From Euprymna scolopes (Eukaryota): a stretch of DNA of 64,000 nucleotides. Of this stretch, positions 39,175-53,379 are shown one piece after another. Position 1 is the first letter of the stretch. Every line of letters begins with the position of its first letter. The notes under the pieces were generated by a model, which saw only the letters and a list, made by a program, of their open reading frames with translations, was not told where the DNA came from and made no database searches. Where the stretch lies: NCBI GenBank assembly GCA_053919585.1, contig CM132790.1. The stretch is one strand, 5' to 3'. Position numbers and translations under genes: made by a program.

Positions 39175-41747
39175 TGTTGTTGAAAAGAAAGAAAAGAGTA
39201 CATAAAATCTCAGCTCACTGGAGTAGCGTCGTCCATCGGTACATTCCGTAGACTCGTTTTCACGTCCCTCCCATCTGCTCAAGTGGCATGTTTGTATAAA
39301 AAACAGAGTGATCCAACTTTGCATATTTGCATATGTGCGTGAGAGCACACGAGGTTCTGTGAGACTGCATTGTTATATAAGGCCGCAGGCTCCATCTTTG
39401 ACCCTTTTCACCACCGTAACGCTGCGTCGGCAAATCGCACACAGCGGCCGTTCAAGAGGTAAGCCTGCGTTCCTACAATTTTCGCTACATTCCCCATGAT
39501 ATAATTATCACAGAGAGGGCAGGGACGCGGTGCCCTTTTTCTTCGATTGCTTCTTCGGAGAAGGGGACCGGCGGCTTCGTCCTCTCCTGTGCTTTCGTCC
39601 TAGGTTTCAGGGTCGGTGAACCTAAGACTGTTAATATCAAGGTCGCTGTCCGACGAATTCGGCGTAACCACCAATGATGGTTCACTGGTCTCGGATCACG
39701 TCTCGCTGACATCGCCGAGTGGCGGTTGCACTTGTGATGTCAATCAAAAATTCTTGATGTGACGGGCACCCCGTCAACCCGCACCAACTTGGTTCTGTAG
39801 CACTTGCCTGGTGCACTTGCCGCGGGGCTTCTTAACCCAGACGACATACCCTATTTGATATTCTGTCTCGTCGCCTCCGGCTCGGGCAGTAGGCTGGTCT
39901 CCACGCCTCTCAACCTGACATTGAACTTATTAAGTGCTTCGGCTGGCGCGATAGAGGGTGAAATAACGTCCTTAAGGGTGACGTAATACCAATAGAGCGT
40001 CTCAGGCACCGTACACAGCTTTCTAGCTGTGATGGTCTTGCCGGTTATGTGGTTCTCTTAATAATTCCATTCTCTCTAGGCACATCGGCGAAATTAACTC
40101 GCAAACGTATACCCAGGTCATCTGCGAACTATTTGAACTGATCGCTAACAAAGGCGATGACATTGTCGATAAGTATCTCAGAAGGGGGTAACGCTCGAGG
40201 AAAACATTTCCAGCTCACGGAAAACGGCGGCCGAGTCCTGCCGGCAAAGTGGCCGCCACAATGCAATCGATGAGCGTCAAAAAATGCCTGCCATCGTGGT
40301 GAGTTATGTCCATTGCGAGGCTGTTACAATTTGCTCTCACACTCAGTTTTCCCTTCTTCTATCGCACGGGTGTTGTTTCGATCGATCAGGAGGTTTCGCA
40401 GCTCCCCACAACAGCTTTCATGTCTCTCTTTGACAAATAGGGGTCGACCAGCCTGGGGAAGTAAAGTGTTCGGTTTACACTTGGGTGCCCGCTTTGGCAA
40501 TGGACATCAGTAACACGGCCCGGGCTTAGCCGGCGCTCCACCGCGGGGCAATTCACAGGTGCCGGTTCGTCCACTTCTTTTGGCAGGCCCAGCCAACGGC
40601 GTGAAATTCTGGTCAGGCGATCCGCTCGATTCTGAGAGAACTGCACCAGTGTAACATCTACGGCCAGGTTGAATTCCTTAATGTCAGGGTTGCAAATCGT
40701 CTTCGTATTTGCTTTTCGGACGATGACTTCTTTGTCAACTGTGCTTCCCCACTCAAGCGATCGATTATCCACCGTTGCACGCACGTAAAGTGTGTGACCA
40801 TGTGAAGAACCCTGGCCTGCTACTGAAGCGGCAGATTTACCCTTTGAGTGTAGCATCAAAGTCAGCCAGGTTTATGTGCCCGGCGTCATTTTCCGGCCTA
40901 AGCCAGCAGGCATCTTCTACGATAAATCCGTCGAGTGACAGAGCAACGCCAAGGGCGAATCCGCTGGCGTCCACCCAAACTGTAACCTCGACTCTGTCGA
41001 CGCACCAGCTCTCTCGCACGGGGTCGTCCACGGTGAGTCTGGCCACAGCTTCCAACGGCATGTTTCATAGGGCGGGATTGCGCACCTCATTGTCTCATCC
41101 CGTTGACATGGAAGTCGCACGTCTCTTTATGACCGCCATCGCATCCCGGAGACACCTGGTTCCCCTCTCCGAAGAACAAGGCCACCACGTTCCTGCCCTC
41201 TCTGTGATGATGATATCAGGGGGGAATGTTGCGAAAATTGTGGGAACGCAGGCTTACATCTTAAACGCGCTCGGTGTGCGCTTTGCCGACGCAAGGTTAT
41301 GATGCTAAAAACGGTCCACAATGGGGCCTACGACCTTATATAACAATGCAGTCTCGCAGAGTCTCGTGTACCCTCGCGCACAAATGCAAATATGAAAAGT
41401 TGGAGTACTATGTATTTTATAAAATGTACGCCGAAATAGCTTGTTGTTGCAAAGAAAAAGTGTATAAAAATCCCAGCTTACTGCAGCAGTCTCATCCGTC
41501 GTTACTTTCCCTAGACTCGTTTTGACGTCTCCGATCTTCTCCAGTGGCCTGTTTTTATAAAATCTAGTCCTCCAAATTTGCATATTTGCACAAATGTATG
41601 AGGGTACGCGAGGTCCTGCGAGACTGGATTGTTATATAAGGTTGCAGGCGCCATATTTTACCCTTTTCAGCATAATTACACTGCGTCGGCAAAACGCATA
41701 CCGAATCCGTTTAAGAGGTTATCCTGCGTTCCCACATTTTCGCCACA
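39175..41747 (-). mobile_element. Internally deleted Ty3/Gypsy-like LTR retrotransposon (RNase H + integrase remnants) with 5-bp TSD
   Basis: LTRs at 41442-41747 and 39175-39489 (TG..CA on minus). TSD caaat at 39170-74 and 41748-52. PPT ggggaa abuts the 3' LTR. RNase H VWVDASGFALGVAL..VEDACWLRP..HINLADFDA; integrase remnants LAMDITHHDGRHFLTLID and EILIDN. gag and RT are absent. Confidence 0.9.
41155..41424 (+). repeat. Internal inverted copy of the PPT region plus ~200 bp of LTR
   Basis: ggttcccctctccgaagaa...ctgccctctctgtgatga..ggggggaaTGTTGCGAAAATTGTGGGAACGCAGGC is the reverse complement of 39290-39570. Confidence 0.88.
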
Positions 41748-41964
41748 CAAATGATAGACTTGAAGATAATAAAAACCTTTCATTGAGATCATATTAGTGA
41801 AGTCCTTATTATTTTAAGTGTTTACTAAAGGAAATACACTTTTCTCTTTTATAAAAATGGAAACAGAATAAACACTTAGTCTATTTCTGAGAGCGCAGAG
41901 TTCATACACATTTAGAGGTCATGCTAATAAATTCTATGTAAACTGGACGAAATAAAATCATTAC

Positions 41965-42035
<71 letters not shown>

Positions 42036-45000
42036 AGTTCTCTGGGCTGAAAAATGTCGTACGGGTCCTTAAAACAGGTTCAATATCTTCAATTTCGAAA
42101 GATAATTTTGAATCCCAATGAAACCAGTCAAGATGTCCTTATATAACGCATAACCAAGCTAGCAAGCACATATTTTTGATGCACACTATTCAATTGCCAA
42201 TTACATTCCATAATTAACGATATGATAATTTTTTCTTGATCATTAAAAACGACGAAATATTTACTTCGATTATAAATGTATATCATATAAATAAATCAGG
42301 CTCATGCTTGACACTGAACCGCATGAAAATAGTTTACTGTTAATGATAACTATTTTCTGTTTATATAATATCCTCTTTGCACATTCAGATATACCATTGC
42401 CCAATTGTCAGGGACAACAGATAAAAAGAGGCAGTTCAATAGATTTACAAATCTGTTCTGCCAAATATACAAAAGTCTGTGTAAATATGTAATCTTCTAT
42501 GCATGACCAAAAAAGGGGTCAGATGCCCATGATAAGGCTAACAACTATCAAGATGCTGCTGCTGTTGCTGCTTCTGAGGATGATGTTGATGATGGCATAC
42601 TGATGAAACCACATATTCAAGGATACATTTTGAATAAAACAGTATATGATATTTGCTTAAATGTTTTAAACTTTTATTAACTTAACTGTAAGTAAACGAT
42701 GTCTTTCTTTGTTGTTTGTTTAAAACATGCGATTATCATAGATTGAAAAACTCAGAGAAATATAAGCTAAATTTATTTGTATTTAAAATTCACAAATACA
42801 GTATATTTTAACAATTTGATGTGATCGAAATAACGTCAAAATAAGAGAAAATTGCAGCTACAACTTAAGTAAAAATAATATTGCAACGAATAAAGTATAA
42901 ACATGACGTTTTATGGAAACAATGGAGGAATATCTGTATATTTATATGAGAAATACCAAAATTCAACATATTTTTAACAAAAGGTTTATGCTGGCCCAAT
43001 GGAAAATATCTGACAAAATGGTTCTTGTTTCATATTCTTAACTTTCAAGCGTATTAAATATCTCTAAGTTCTATATATTAAATGATGCAATTTTTTAAAA
43101 AGAAACTGTGCAGAATTAGATGTTAGTCTGGTTTTTCGTTTCAGTAATGTATCACGATTTATTCGAATAATGGTAGCCTGTATTAAACTATAGCGACCGT
43201 TCTCAGCAATGCACTTCATCTGTTCCTGTGAAAAACAAACAATGTTTAGTAGTCTATTGGCATTTATTAGTCACGTACTGTTTGTTTCACTCTAATCAGT
43301 TAAAAAAATTGAAAACTGTTAGTGATTTATACTTTCGGGTACATGGTCTAGACCGATCAAAATAAATTCTTTATCTAGAAAAGGTTAAACTCATTTGTTA
43401 ATTTATTTTATTACTTAGCCTTAAGTTTTTAATGCATGCTAAGATTTACTAATTTCAAGTGATATATTATTGCGACCGTCTAGTAAGCCGAGTACCGCGA
43501 AAGCAACATCCTCGAAACTGTGTCCCGAATACGTGATGTAGTTTCTATCTAATGGTTTTACATTTGCTCTAAGCGAGCGAACACTAGGGAGACAAAAGTT
43601 GAGCTATTTTGCATCACATATGCCAGGAGCACCAGGCGTATTGACGTTGACAGCCAGGTTGTTTTGCAATTTACTAAATCTAGCATGTTTAAAATGTATA
43701 CTAATAAACATAAGTTCTATTTAATGGCGTATACTTTTTATATACAATAATCTGAAACAATTCTGTACTTTTATAATATTCCTGCTTGTCGGTATTGTTG
43801 TCACGTCTTAGCTGGTGCATTTGCCATACATTTGGCACCATTATACATAGTAGAAATCTTAAATATGATAGGTTCTGCATGATCGATCAGGTTGTACGCC
43901 CCTTCAAAAATACTTTAATAGAATATGGTATCTTAAAATCAGTGCACTTTTATCCCTATCGGCGTACATGGCTGAAAAATTGGTCTAGCAGCAAAATCTT
44001 ACTCTTAACCCAAAATTTTACTAGATTTCGGAAGGCTTCTAATATAATACTTTCCTCCCTCGTGCTGCAATATTAGAGTTTTCTTACCTGCACAATACAT
44101 TCTCGGTTGTATTAATTAGAACCTTAAATGTAATTTTGCAGACATCAATCTTACTCCTAACATAGTCAACTGTAAAATGCCCCCAGAGAGTAGACCATTA
44201 TTCCTAAGTAGACACCTGCCTTACTCTGGGTTAAGAGTGGTAAAAGATGAGAAAATTAAAATGACCATATTTATTAAGCTATCGTGTATGAATAAAGCTT
44301 TCTGATATAAAACACGGAATTAATAATAATATGGCAATATCTGGGCAGCGAAAACATCCACCCTGGGTTGTTCTCAGTACCCCGAACGTTATTGGGAATG
44401 CATAGAAATTTATTGGCTTTATCGTTCGGGTTACAGAGGTACACGTTATTCGCTGGCCAATAAAGACTGGTTCTGATTATATATTTCAACCAGAAAATAT
44501 AGCACAGAAATGTGCATATTAATTCATAAAAGATCAAACTGTTTAAAGACGACAAAAAAAGAGAAGAAATAAAAGAAAATAAAATACATCTTTCACAGGA
44601 AAATATGATACAATGCATCTGAAAAAACAAGTGGCGACAGAAATGCTAAAGAACATGAAATTAAACTGCACGGGCAAATGCATAAAAATAGTAATATGAA
44701 ATTAAAAAGAATAAAATTGTGTAGAGTAATTTACCATAAAAGAAGCGAACAAAGAAAATATTTCAATATAATCAAAGAGAATAATGGAGATTAAACCCTT
44801 TTAATAGGACCCAAACATTTAAATATTGCTATCTATGTGTTTCCTTGCTCCCTACTGAGATATCATAATTGTCGTCTACGCGTGCCATCAAACACTGTAG
44901 CTCTTTCATTTTCAGCAAATTATCACTTCGCCACCCAATACCTCCGCCTCCTTTCATAGAAAAATGTAATCAGAATTATCAGTTTTTGTCAAGAGATCAA

Positions 45001-46117
45001 ATCCATTTTTATGGGCATCAGGTTCAAAGCAGCGCTGTAGAGCCCATCACACACTATTGGAAAAACACAATTGGGGTACAGGCTTTTTGTACTCAGTGAC
45101 ACAATTTAAGTGCACTCTAGTCAGCGTGTTCCATTTGTAGACGCAGATTATTCGAGTCTCCGAGAATTAAAAAAAAATAAATTTTAAGTATTCAAATTTA
45201 TAAAACAAATAAAATAGTGTAAAGTAAAAACAGGTGGAAATGGCTGCATTAAATGAAGCGTTCTAAAATGTATAGATTTGTTTGAACCTCAAATCTAAAA
45301 GCGGATTAAATGATAATGAAATTGGAATTACTTATGATAGCAAAAGAAAGAGACAGCATTATCTTAATGTGTTCTAAAGAAGGAAAGATAAATTAGAAAG
45401 AATTACAGTGGAGAATGCGAAGTGTTTACGAGAAACAAGAGGAAATATAGCTGGTGTATAATACAAATACGTAAAAAACAGGCAGAACTAATAAAAATAA
45501 AAGAAATCTACAGCCCAAACCAAAATAAGGAATTACGCGGAAGTAAGAAAAAAGCAGGACGATGAAAAATATAAGAGAAAAAGATAGAGACGGTCGAAAA
45601 ATATCCGTACACGATGAGAAGAAAATAACACAACATTACAAACAATGACATTAACAAAACATCAAAGAAATCCTAATGAAATTTAATACGAAGATAATGA
45701 GGAAGATGATTTAAAACTAAAATCCCAACATTGAATAAAATTTTTAAAAACATATTATTAATGAGAAGCATTAAAGATAGAAAAGGGAAATACAATAGAA
45801 AACATATTCGGAAATTTGATTAAACGACCGAACGAAAAGAAAATGAAAAAAACGAGGAAAAATCATGAGAAAAATACGATTGATGGGTAAGAAAATTACG
45901 AACTAACTAAAGAAACTGTAGAAGAGAAAGTAAAAAATACAAGAAAGTAAAATATCGGCGGAATAACAATAATAATGTGATCGATATAGAATTAACGGAA
46001 TAATATCGTAACATTATATCTATTTATCTATTTATATATCTATCGATCTATTCATATATATATATATACATATACATATAGTTAATATAATTATACATAC
46101 TTATTGCTCCGTGAATA

Positions 46118-46171
<54 letters not shown>

Positions 46172-46176
<5 letters not shown>

Positions 46177-47719
46177 ATGGTTTAAATCATAAGACCACTT
46201 AAGAAAGTAAGCGTTTACGCATATTATCGAATTTTTAATTAAACAAATTGTTGAAGCTATCGCCAAAAGGGAAAATATGATGGAAAAAAATCAAATCTGC
46301 TTCATTCGAAATCTTAACCCTGATCTAATAATATTTTTTTTAAAAGAAAAACATTTTCACCTGTTCAAAATGATAAGACCACTTTAATAAAATCGGCTTG
46401 TTTTGACAAAAATGAATGCGAAAAGCTTTCTATGTAACTAAAAGCAATCTGTTTGTGGATAAAAAATATCTTACTAAATTATGAATGGCAAAACGGAAAA
46501 CATTATCAGAATTTGAGAGAGGAAGGCTCTTTGAGCTTAATAGGGGTGGACTCTTCCATAGATTCATTGCAAACGAAGTGAATCATAGCAAAACGGTCAT
46601 CACAAATTTTATAAGAAATCCAGGTCAATATGGACACAAAAAGAGTCCAGGTAGACCAAAAGAAATAACCCCATCACTGGATCGCCGTATCAGAAGAAGT
46701 GAAAAAAAAACTCCAGTATGAGCTCAAGTCGATTGAAAAGCCAAACAGCAGTGGAATGTAGTTCTAAAACCATCAGATGGCATCTGAAAATGGAGGGTTT
46801 CAATCATTTAAATACTGCAGAAACCATGTCTTCTTGAACAGCACAAAACTACCCGACTTAAATATGCCACCAAATACCAGACTTGGGATGAAGAGAAGTG
46901 GAGGAATGTAATTTTCTCCGATGATGGTCCAGATGGATTTCAACACTCTAGGCATGATAAAAATTTGCCCAAAGAGACTTTTTTCAATTCGGCATAGTGG
47001 AGGATGGTCTTTAATGATCTGGGGTTCTTTCTCGTCAGCTGGGACCCTAAAGTTGCAATTAGTGAAAGGCCGACAAACATCATTGAAGTACATTTCAATG
47101 CTTGAAAATGATTCTATCAGGACTGAAGATCCAGGTCTGTGTGGAAGAAATTGGATTTTCCAGCAAGACAGCGCAACGATACACACTTCTCGACAAGCAC
47201 GAGAATACTTTCTTCAAATAATAAAGAATGGTTTGATCATCCAGCACGTTCTCCGGACCTCAATCCCATTGAAAATATTTGGGGAGGGGTGGAAAAAGAA
47301 GTGTTCAAGGATGGCACCTAGTATGATTAGATAAAGGAACTTTCTGATTCAGTTTTCAGTCCATGGGATAAAATTTCTTCGCAGCTGATAAAACATTTAG
47401 TCGCAAGCATGCCGAAGAGAATTTTCGAAGTAATTCGTAATAATGGAGGCTATACTAAATACTGAGACCCTTTTTAGTAATTTATAATTGCTTTTTGTTA
47501 GATAAATTATCAGTGGTCTTATCATTTTGACAAGGTGAAAACGTTTTTTTTTAAATAATTATTAGATCAGGGTTAAGGGTTCGAATAAAGCAGATTTCTA
47601 TTTTTTCTCATCATATTTTCCCTTTTGCCAATGGTTTCAACCATTTGTTTGATTAAAAATTCGATAATATGCGTAAACGCTTACTTTCTTAAGTGGTTTT
47701 ATGATTTGAACCAGGACTG
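46172..47719 (+). mobile_element. Full-length (1548 bp) Tc1/Tc3-like DD34E transposon with ~210-bp IR/DR TIRs; transposase pseudogene 46485-47465
   Basis: TIRs 46172-46383 and 47512-47719, each bracketed by taagaccact direct repeats; TA flanks. HTH N-term MAKRKTLSEFERGRL..SPGRP, VIFSDD, WIFQQDSATIH, PARSPDLNPIENIWG; frameshifted. Confidence 0.95.
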
Positions 47720-47790
47720 TATATTGCTCTATAAATACACTGACCTTCTTAAATAAGGATTGCTATATATTATAATAATATATTTCTCAT

Positions 47791-47826
<36 letters not shown>

Positions 47827-47849
47827 TCAATTATATTGCCTCCTCGATT

Positions 47850-48000
47850 TTGTTGACTGGGGTTGGACACTAATACGCACCAGACGGATAACATACCGAG
47901 GAGAAACACAAAACAGTTATGAATGTAATCATGAAGAAGTCAGCTCTCACACTTGATGAACTAAGACAATCAGTTGGAAGAAGAATGGAAGGAGAGGTAA
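47850..48000 (+). mobile_element. Short decayed RTE LINE 3'-end fragment
   Basis: Remnant ..APDG*HT../..KKSALTLDELRQ.. resembles RTE C-termini such as that at 38880-39010. Confidence 0.3.
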
Positions 48001-48173
48001 TTAATATAAAACCACACATTCAATCCAAACAGAATTAGAGATGGATTTGTTGTACCACGGAGCACTTGCCAACTAACATCCGTTATAATCGGACTTTTAT
48101 TGCGTTTTACATCAGGACCACTGTTTCATAAACTTTACTCAGAAGAGCATAAGCTTGTATTTCTCTCTCTCTT

Positions 48174-48246
<73 letters not shown>

Positions 48247-48498
48247 TTGTGTGTGTGTGTGACTTGTGGGGGTGTGCGTGTGGGTGGGGCGTATGTGCGT
48301 GTGTGTTTATTGCGACGATTTAAGACAATATCACCAAAAATAGGTAACAGCAGAGCTTTCCAATGAAGACAGACCAATGGCCAATCAGGTTGGATTAAAA
48401 AACATAACCAGCTCTAGCGCCGAAGTTAAAAACGACCACCATTTTGGGCATTAGTCAGTCACTCAGTCATTCAGACAGTCATCCAATCACACAGTTGC

Positions 48499-51400
48499 TG
48501 TAAAGACCCTATCAATGCAACATTTGTTGAATGATATTGAGACTCCATTCTCAACAAGCAAGTATGGACGTAGAAAAAAGAAGTGAAATACGAAATTCCT
48601 CGAAGGAAGTGGCTTACGTGCTCGCACATCTACGTTACATGATTATTTTCAATGAGACTGTCCACTGCTTAATTTTTTTCTCTTGCATTTCTTTATAATT
48701 TTAATTGTCGTCGACTCGTAAAGATTATGAGTTTAGTAAAAAAAAAGAGAGAGATGGTGATAACGGTTTTTTAAAACCAAAGGTGGCGTTTTCCCCTCTC
48801 TCTAGTTAGACATTGTCATGCGAATTCTTTTTGAATGCACAAATTATTGACGTAACCCGTCGGAAGATTTAAGAGAGCGTTTCTAAGTAAACATCGTGGT
48901 AATTTATATTTTATTTAAACTTTGCTGGCAAGGGATGTCGAAATGTTTCTAGCGCATTCTCCTGTCGATTACTTTCTCGACATACGGATTACTTTTGCTT
49001 GTCTGAAATATTTATAAATAGGACACCAAGGGAGGTTGTTACATTGGTGGCTTGTCTGGTGATTACTTTTGTCCTCAAGATAAAATAATATAAAATTAGG
49101 CAAACGAAAATTTTGTGGGAAACATTCAAAAGCAAGATTCAACATTAAAAAGCTAAGAAAAAAAGTGCGGGCAAACCACGCTGGGGCCTCGATATCCAAT
49201 TCAAATAACAGTTCGCAAAAACAAATTATTTAAAAGTAACCAACTGTGCACAAAGAAAAAATGATAAAGGAGAATGGAGAAAGGGTTCCTTGTCAATCCG
49301 TCTTTCAAAAAACTGGAAAAGATGAAAAAAAGCTAGTTAATCGAAATAAGGGACAGATTAGAACTGGAAACGAGGAAAGCTAGGAGGAAAAATAAAATAA
49401 GCCAAGCCATAGTCGAACACATGGTGGATAAGCAGATTTTAAAGTCACAAAAATTACACGATTTAGCCGATGAACTAATTATTCTAATGAGAAATTAGAA
49501 TAAGAAAAATATGAGTTACAAGCGAAAATAGAATTTCAAAACGCAAGGGTAGAGGAAAAGTTAGATTAAGAAAGATAAAATTACCTTGATTAGCGCATGT
49601 AACCAACCGAAATAAATTCGACTTGAAGAAATAAGTGTGGTTGCTATCCAAATTCACTCAAGACAACGTGGATTTATATTTCAAAACTTCAAATGCAGTC
49701 AACCTTGGGTGGCCACGCGAGAAGTAGGCGATTTTATTGCAAACCAGATTGAAGGGAAAAGCATAAAAAGTATTCCCTACTTTGTCGATAGAGGAACGTT
49801 CCGATTACGACATAGTCAAACGAAGAATTCTGCCGGTTTGAATTAGTTTCGGAGGCCCATCTCCAAAAATTTCGAACGTTAAGGAATTCTTAAGGAAAAA
49901 ACAAAAACTAATGAATAAGTGTTATTACGCCAAAGGAATTAATAGACATGGAGAAAAAATTAAGCAGCTCGTGTTAAATAAAGATCCTCAACAGATTGTG
50001 TAAAGATATGCGAATTCATCTAAATGAGATGAGGATCGAATCAGACAGAGAATTAGCAACGATGGCCGGTGAATATACAATAACACAAAAGAGAAATAAA
50101 AGCAAACAACAAGCAAAATAACAAGTCGAGTGAATTAATTTAAAGATGTAACTATGAAGAAAGATTACTGTATCAATGGCATATGGACGCCAGTACACAA
50201 GATAAATCCAGTTATATGCTAAAAGTGCGGGAAGGCAGGCCTATAGCAAGAGAATACCGACTAACCCAAGGACCCGATTGAGAGAACAAAGACCCGAAGC
50301 CGCAAGGAGCAGTGCTGTCGGCACAGGATAGTATACTGTGTAAACCCTTCACACGGGAGGTGAGATTTATGAACGTAAAGGGAAGCGAAATGCGTGTGAA
50401 AATACCGCTCAGTAATTATTTCTGAAAAAGATGGCGCCAAAAAGTCAAATAATGGGGTACGTATTCATCTAGGAAGTAGGAGGGAGAATAATGAATTTAT
50501 CTATGATAAAGGTAGACCTGAAAGCGGGCAGAACAAGAAAGAGAATATAAGTCGGAATCGTGAAAAACTTTCATTAAATGATAGAGATTTCATCCAACAA
50601 AATGAAGTCAATATTGAACTGACCGGCATAGAAGAAATTCAGTCTAAAGAAACTGTGAGAGGTGTGCACATGAACAATGTGCGTAGAAGACAAACGGTAT
50701 ACAACGAGAAAAAATACATCATAAAGCAAATCGCGTGATGAGAAGATCCCACCATTATCACGTGATGAGAAAATCGCATTATTGCGCAAGTCACGTACTC
50801 AATTAATAAAAAAGTTTAGAAAGACGACGATAGTCTAAGAGAATTAGTTAAGGAAATAAACAGGCCGACTGACGGGAAGCATACACAACAGTATTTCCCG
50901 AAAGAGGGAACATTAAAACAGAAATCATTATTCTGAGAAGCAAAAAAATGGTAGAAAAGAACAACAATGCTAACTAATTGTGCCAAATAAATGGCGTGTA
51001 GAAGTCCTTCGATTAGCTCAGGAAGTCCCGTTAGCCGGATATCTGGGATTCAAAAAGATTCATGGAAAGATTATCGACATTTCTATTGACATGGCGTGAA
51101 GGACAGTTTTAACAGATTCTTTAGTTCGTGTGAAATATGTCAGAAGGCAGGGAAACCTCAAGCAGCCATACGCCCAGCACCGTTAAGGTCCAAAACCTTT
51201 AGTTAAAACCGGTTGACAGGTTACTGATAGATTGCGTCGAACCCTTGCGAAAAAAGAAATCAGGCCATAAGTATTTGTTGACAGATTCTGTGCGGACTAG
51301 TCCCAGGTTTCCGGAGGGTATTCCATTACGCACCATATCTGCCAAGAGCCTGGTGAAAGAATAATTAAACTTCTTTACAAAGATGGGAATTCCGGAAGTT

Positions 51401-52933
51401 ATCCAGTCCGATAAGGAGACAAACTTCACGCTTCAATTACTAAAAAAGGTAACAGGGCTACTGGGAATAAAACATATCACGTCAAGTCCGTACCACCTGC
51501 AGTCACAAGGAGCATTCGAGCGGTTTCACGCCACACATAAATACATTTTGTTTGCTCATTGTGCTGTACGAAAGAAGGATTAAAACAGAGAACTAACCTT
51601 TTGTGCTGTTTGCAATGAGACATTCGGTGCAAGAATTGCTCGGGTGTAGCCGTTCCAGATAGTATATAGACGAGAATGAGAAACCCCACCAAAGTGCAAA
51701 AGACTAGTAGGAAAAACACTGAGAAGATGCCAGAATCACTAAAACAATACGTCGAAAACCTATATGAAATCCTAAAAAAACGGCTAATGAAAACTCAGTG
51801 GAAAATGCGACATCTGTACAACCGTAAGGCCAAGAGTAGAATATTTACTGTTATGGTCCTTCTACCATAAAAGAAATCTACATCTGATGCGGAATTCAGT
51901 GGTCCCTATACAGTGTCTCCGAAGGCTGATGACATGAAATATAATAAGCATTCCAAGAAGGTATGAAGTTACTTAACTCTATGATATTTGAGAACATGAA
52001 GTAAAGAAATAGGTATGGTCAATATTATAAAGTAATTGCCAGAACTGTTCTCAGATGTTCCTAGACAAACTAATATCATTAAGCATGATGCTGAAATAAC
52101 AAGTGAACAGTCTGTCAGACAACGCCCACCCCGGATAAATCTTAGAAAAATGGAAGTGATAAGGAAAAAATGCATATATGCTGAAGAACAACAGTATTGA
52201 ACCAAGGCACAGCGACGGAGCATCATCGTGCGTGCTGGTGAGGAAGCCAGTGTGTTGGGCAGATTCTGTGCGGACTATCTGAAATTTAATGAAATTACTA
52301 AGTCTCATTCAAATCGTATACCTAGGATCGAAGATTACATCAACCAAATAGGAAACGCTAATTACGTCACCAAATATGATTTATTAAAAGGCTGTTGGCA
52401 CGTACAACTAAATAAGCAAGCGAAGCGTAAATACACGTTTGTAGTTCCTGAGGAAAATACCATTACGATATCATACCATTTGGCATTGGAAATTCCCTAG
52501 TAACCTTCGCCCGATTGATGATACTATTTGGCTGGAATACCAACCGTTAGCGTTTACATCGATGATAGTGTCATCTGCAATGAGAATTGGAGTGAACATT
52601 TAGAAAATATTCAGCTAATCTTTAAAAAATTAAAAGAAGCAAACGTGAAAGTAACCCTGGGAAAGAGCAATTTCGGAAAGGTTGAGGTCACATATTTAGG
52701 TCACACAGTAGGCTTCGGCTGTGTAAGCCCGAGGAAAATTAAAATTGGAGAATATTAAAGTACACCCCAAGCCAGTGAACGTAAGACAAGTCAGGCGATT
52801 TCTGGCCGGCTATTCTCGGAAATTCTGCCAGAACTTTTCCAACATCGCGGTGCCCCTGACAAAGCTTCTAAACGAAGTAAATACATATAGATTGACATCG
52901 GAATGTCAGAAATCATTCGAAAAAAATAAGTAA
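48499..52933 (+). mobile_element. 3'-truncated Gmr1-type Gypsy LTR retrotransposon (gag - integrase - RT order), degraded
   Basis: Putative 5' LTR 48499-49043 (tgtaa..ttaca) followed by tggtggcttgtctgg (degenerate tRNA-Pro-type PBS). gag: DNVDLYFQNF..LGWPREK*AILLQTRLKGKA. Integrase (~51000-51580): CEICQKAGKP, LLIDCV, IQSDKETNF, PYHLQSQGAFERFH. RT downstream: IPRIEDYINQIG, DLLKGCWHV, YIDD, VTYLGHTVG, VRRFL. Confidence 0.88.
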
Positions 52934-53379
52934 CATAAAAGCGAAATGCTCTTTTATATTTTGGCACTACGAGAGCATAAAATATATAAACACTTTAAAT
53001 ATTAGCGAACAGTATATAAACAAGTTAACGGATATACTGAAATAAATCTTCTTAAGTTTGTTGAACAATAGTCTGTGTATAGATTACATAGAATTTATTC
53101 TGTCTTACTTATAAAGTAAAAGTTATAAATTTAAATATTAAAACGTATCTTAAACGACAGATAAAGGATTTACATTAATTTTGATTTAATATATATATTA
53201 GAATAAGTGATGAGTGTGTTCCGTTTTAATTACGCAATACTAAAAGTAAGGATCGGGTTGACAATAAAGTTATTGAAGTTTTAAACTTTTAAATTCAGAT
53301 TAACACATCTCGGCCTAAGCAAAATTATATTAATCAAAATAAGCACTATCAGAATCCAAAGACTTTTGCCAACGTAAAC

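Noticed and set aside
42430-42465. Small hairpin ggcag..aatagattt/aatctgtt..ctgcc and a nearby (GCT)/(GAT) run
   Set aside because: Too short for a pre-miRNA, and no supported exon or open frame of note.
49181-49197. Alternative PBS ctggggcctcg for the Gmr1-like element
   Set aside because: The site at 49045 directly follows a ..TTACA LTR end that matches the tgtaa start, so it fits better.
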